From Buchnera aphidicola (Neophyllaphis podocarpi) (GTDB lineage: Bacteria > Pseudomonadota > Gammaproteobacteria > Enterobacterales > Enterobacteriaceae), in assembly GCF_964059055.1 (NCBI RefSeq), contig NZ_OZ060386.1, positions 360,001-392,000 of the forward strand: a stretch of DNA of 32,000 nucleotides, given 5' to 3'. The notes beneath the pieces were generated by a model, which was not told where the DNA came from, ran no database searches, and worked only from the letters and a program-made list of their open reading frames with translations. Of the stretch, positions 31,050-32,000 are shown in pieces (position 1 is the first letter of the stretch; every line of letters begins with the position of its first letter). The position numbers and the translations under genes were made by a program.

Positions 31050-31754
31050 ATGTATATAAAACTAGTTATATTAATTATTATAATGTCTATATCATCTGTT
31101 TCAGCATTTGAATTAAAAAAAAATAAAAAAAATTTTTATCAAGCAAAAATTTTAGCAAGTAAAATAGAAAAAAAAGCTCCTGGAACTTTTTATTGTGGTT
31201 GTAAAATTATATGGAATAATAAAAAAGGAATACCAGATTTAAATTCATGTGGATATAAAATACGAAAAAATAAAGTGAGAGCAAATAGAATTGAATGGGA
31301 ACATGTAGTTCCAGCATCACAATTTGGAAATAAAAGAATTTGCTGGAAAATAGGAGGACGTAGTCAATGCGATAAAGATTCAGGATATCAAAAAATAGAA
31401 ACAGATTTGCATAATTTAAGACCTGCTATAGGAGAAATTAATGGAGATAGGTCTAATTTTTTATTCGAATTAATAAGAAATAAAAAATTGGTAAATCAGT
31501 ATGGAAAATGTAGCGTGAAAATTGATTTCAAAAATAAGATTATAGAACCTCCAGAAATAGCTAGAGGAGCTATAGCTAGAACTTATTTTTACATGAGAGA
31601 TAAATATAAAATTAAATTATCAGATAAACAATCGTATATTATGAGCATATGGAATAAAAAATATAAAGTTAGTTTATGGGAGTGTAAAAGAAATAATTTA
31701 ATTTCAAAATATCAAGGAAATTATAATTTTTATATAACAAATCAATGCAAATAA
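31050..31754 (+). CDS. endA: periplasmic endonuclease I
   Basis: The ORF is 234 aa (E. coli 235). It has an N-terminal signal-like segment ending VSA/FE, then APGTFYCGCKIIWNNKKG...CGY..R.N..RANRIEWEHVVPASQFG...HNLRPAIGEINGDRSNF...ARGAIARTYFYMRD, collinear with E. coli EndA. Confidence 0.94.
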   Translation: MYIKLVILIIIMSISSVSAFELKKNKKNFYQAKILASKIEKKAPGTFYCGCKIIWNNKKGIPDLNSCGYKIRKNKVRANRIEWEHVVPASQFGNKRICWKIGGRSQCDKDSGYQKIETDLHNLRPAIGEINGDRSNFLFELIRNKKLVNQYGKCSVKIDFKNKIIEPPEIARGAIARTYFYMRDKYKIKLSDKQSYIMSIWNKKYKVSLWECKRNNLISKYQGNYNFYITNQCK

Positions 31755-31766
31755 TTTTTTATTAAA

Positions 31767-32000
31767 ATGAAAATTTATAGAATATATTTAAAAAATAATA
31801 ACATAAAGATTAATAAAAAAATCGTAATAAATAATATAAAACAAGTACATTATTTAAATAAAGTAGTAAGAATCAAACATAACGACTTAATAGAAATATT
31901 TAATAATAGTAAATATGTGTATCATGCAAAAATTATAAATTTAAAAAAAAACAATATACATATGAAAATAATAAAAATAATAGAAACAAAAAAAGAATCT
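31767..32000 (+). CDS. rsmE: 16S rRNA (uracil1498-N3)-methyltransferase RsmE (5' part only; runs off window)
   Basis: My hand translation from the ATG at 31767 is MKIYRIYLKNNNIKINKKIVINNIKQVHYLNKVVRIKHNDLIEIFNNSKYVYHAKIINLKKNNIHMKIIKIIETKKES..., open to the window end. It resembles the E. coli RsmE N-terminus MRIPRIY...HI.RVLRM..G..L.LFDGSN.VF.AEI. Its position after endA matches E. coli endA-rsmE. Sequence similarity is modest. Confidence 0.7.
   Translation, partial: MKIYRIYLKNNNIKINKKIVINNIKQVHYLNKVVRIKHNDLIEIFNNSKYVYHAKIINLKKNNIHMKIIKIIETKKES

Overview
This window is extremely A+T-rich (about 20% G+C by eye, not computed) and densely packed with housekeeping genes. It looks like the reduced genome of an Enterobacterales-derived obligate insect endosymbiont (Buchnera / Wigglesworthia / Blochmannia-like). 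Retention of folP, accBC, aroQ, pheA and gshA leans towards Wigglesworthia, but species cannot be assigned without a database search. I recognise 32 protein genes, two of them frameshifted and two cut by the window edges, plus 3 tRNAs. All calls come from hand alignment of the ORF-track proteins, or my own translations, to E. coli orthologues recalled from memory. In order they are: infB-nusA (-), leuU-secG-glmM-folP-ftsH-rlmE-greA (-), ibaG-murA-rplU-rpmA-obgE (+), rpsI-rplM (-), pheA-ffh-rpsP-rimM-trmD-rplS (+), tldD (-), aroQ-accB-accC (+), fis-rluD (-), and alaS-csrA-tRNASer-tRNAArg-gshA-endA-rsmE (+). csrA, infB and rsmE are missing from the ORF track and were found by reading the sequence. 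I found no mobile element, CRISPR array, prophage remnant, toxin-antitoxin or defence island, and no unassigned long ORF, so I cannot support a claim of a novel system here. The main oddities are as follows. (1) Two otherwise well-conserved genes, glmM and rluD, are each broken by a frameshift inside a run of exactly nine A, where ten A would restore the frame; this is either the endosymbiont poly(A) slippage situation or a homopolymer sequencing error. (2) accC has no canonical start codon upstream of its conserved N-terminus. (3) None of the three tRNA genes encodes CCA. (4) Two perfect inverted repeats are longer than expected by chance. (5) The pheA regulatory domain has lost the GALV motif. 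All other long ORFs in the track are antisense shadow ORFs.
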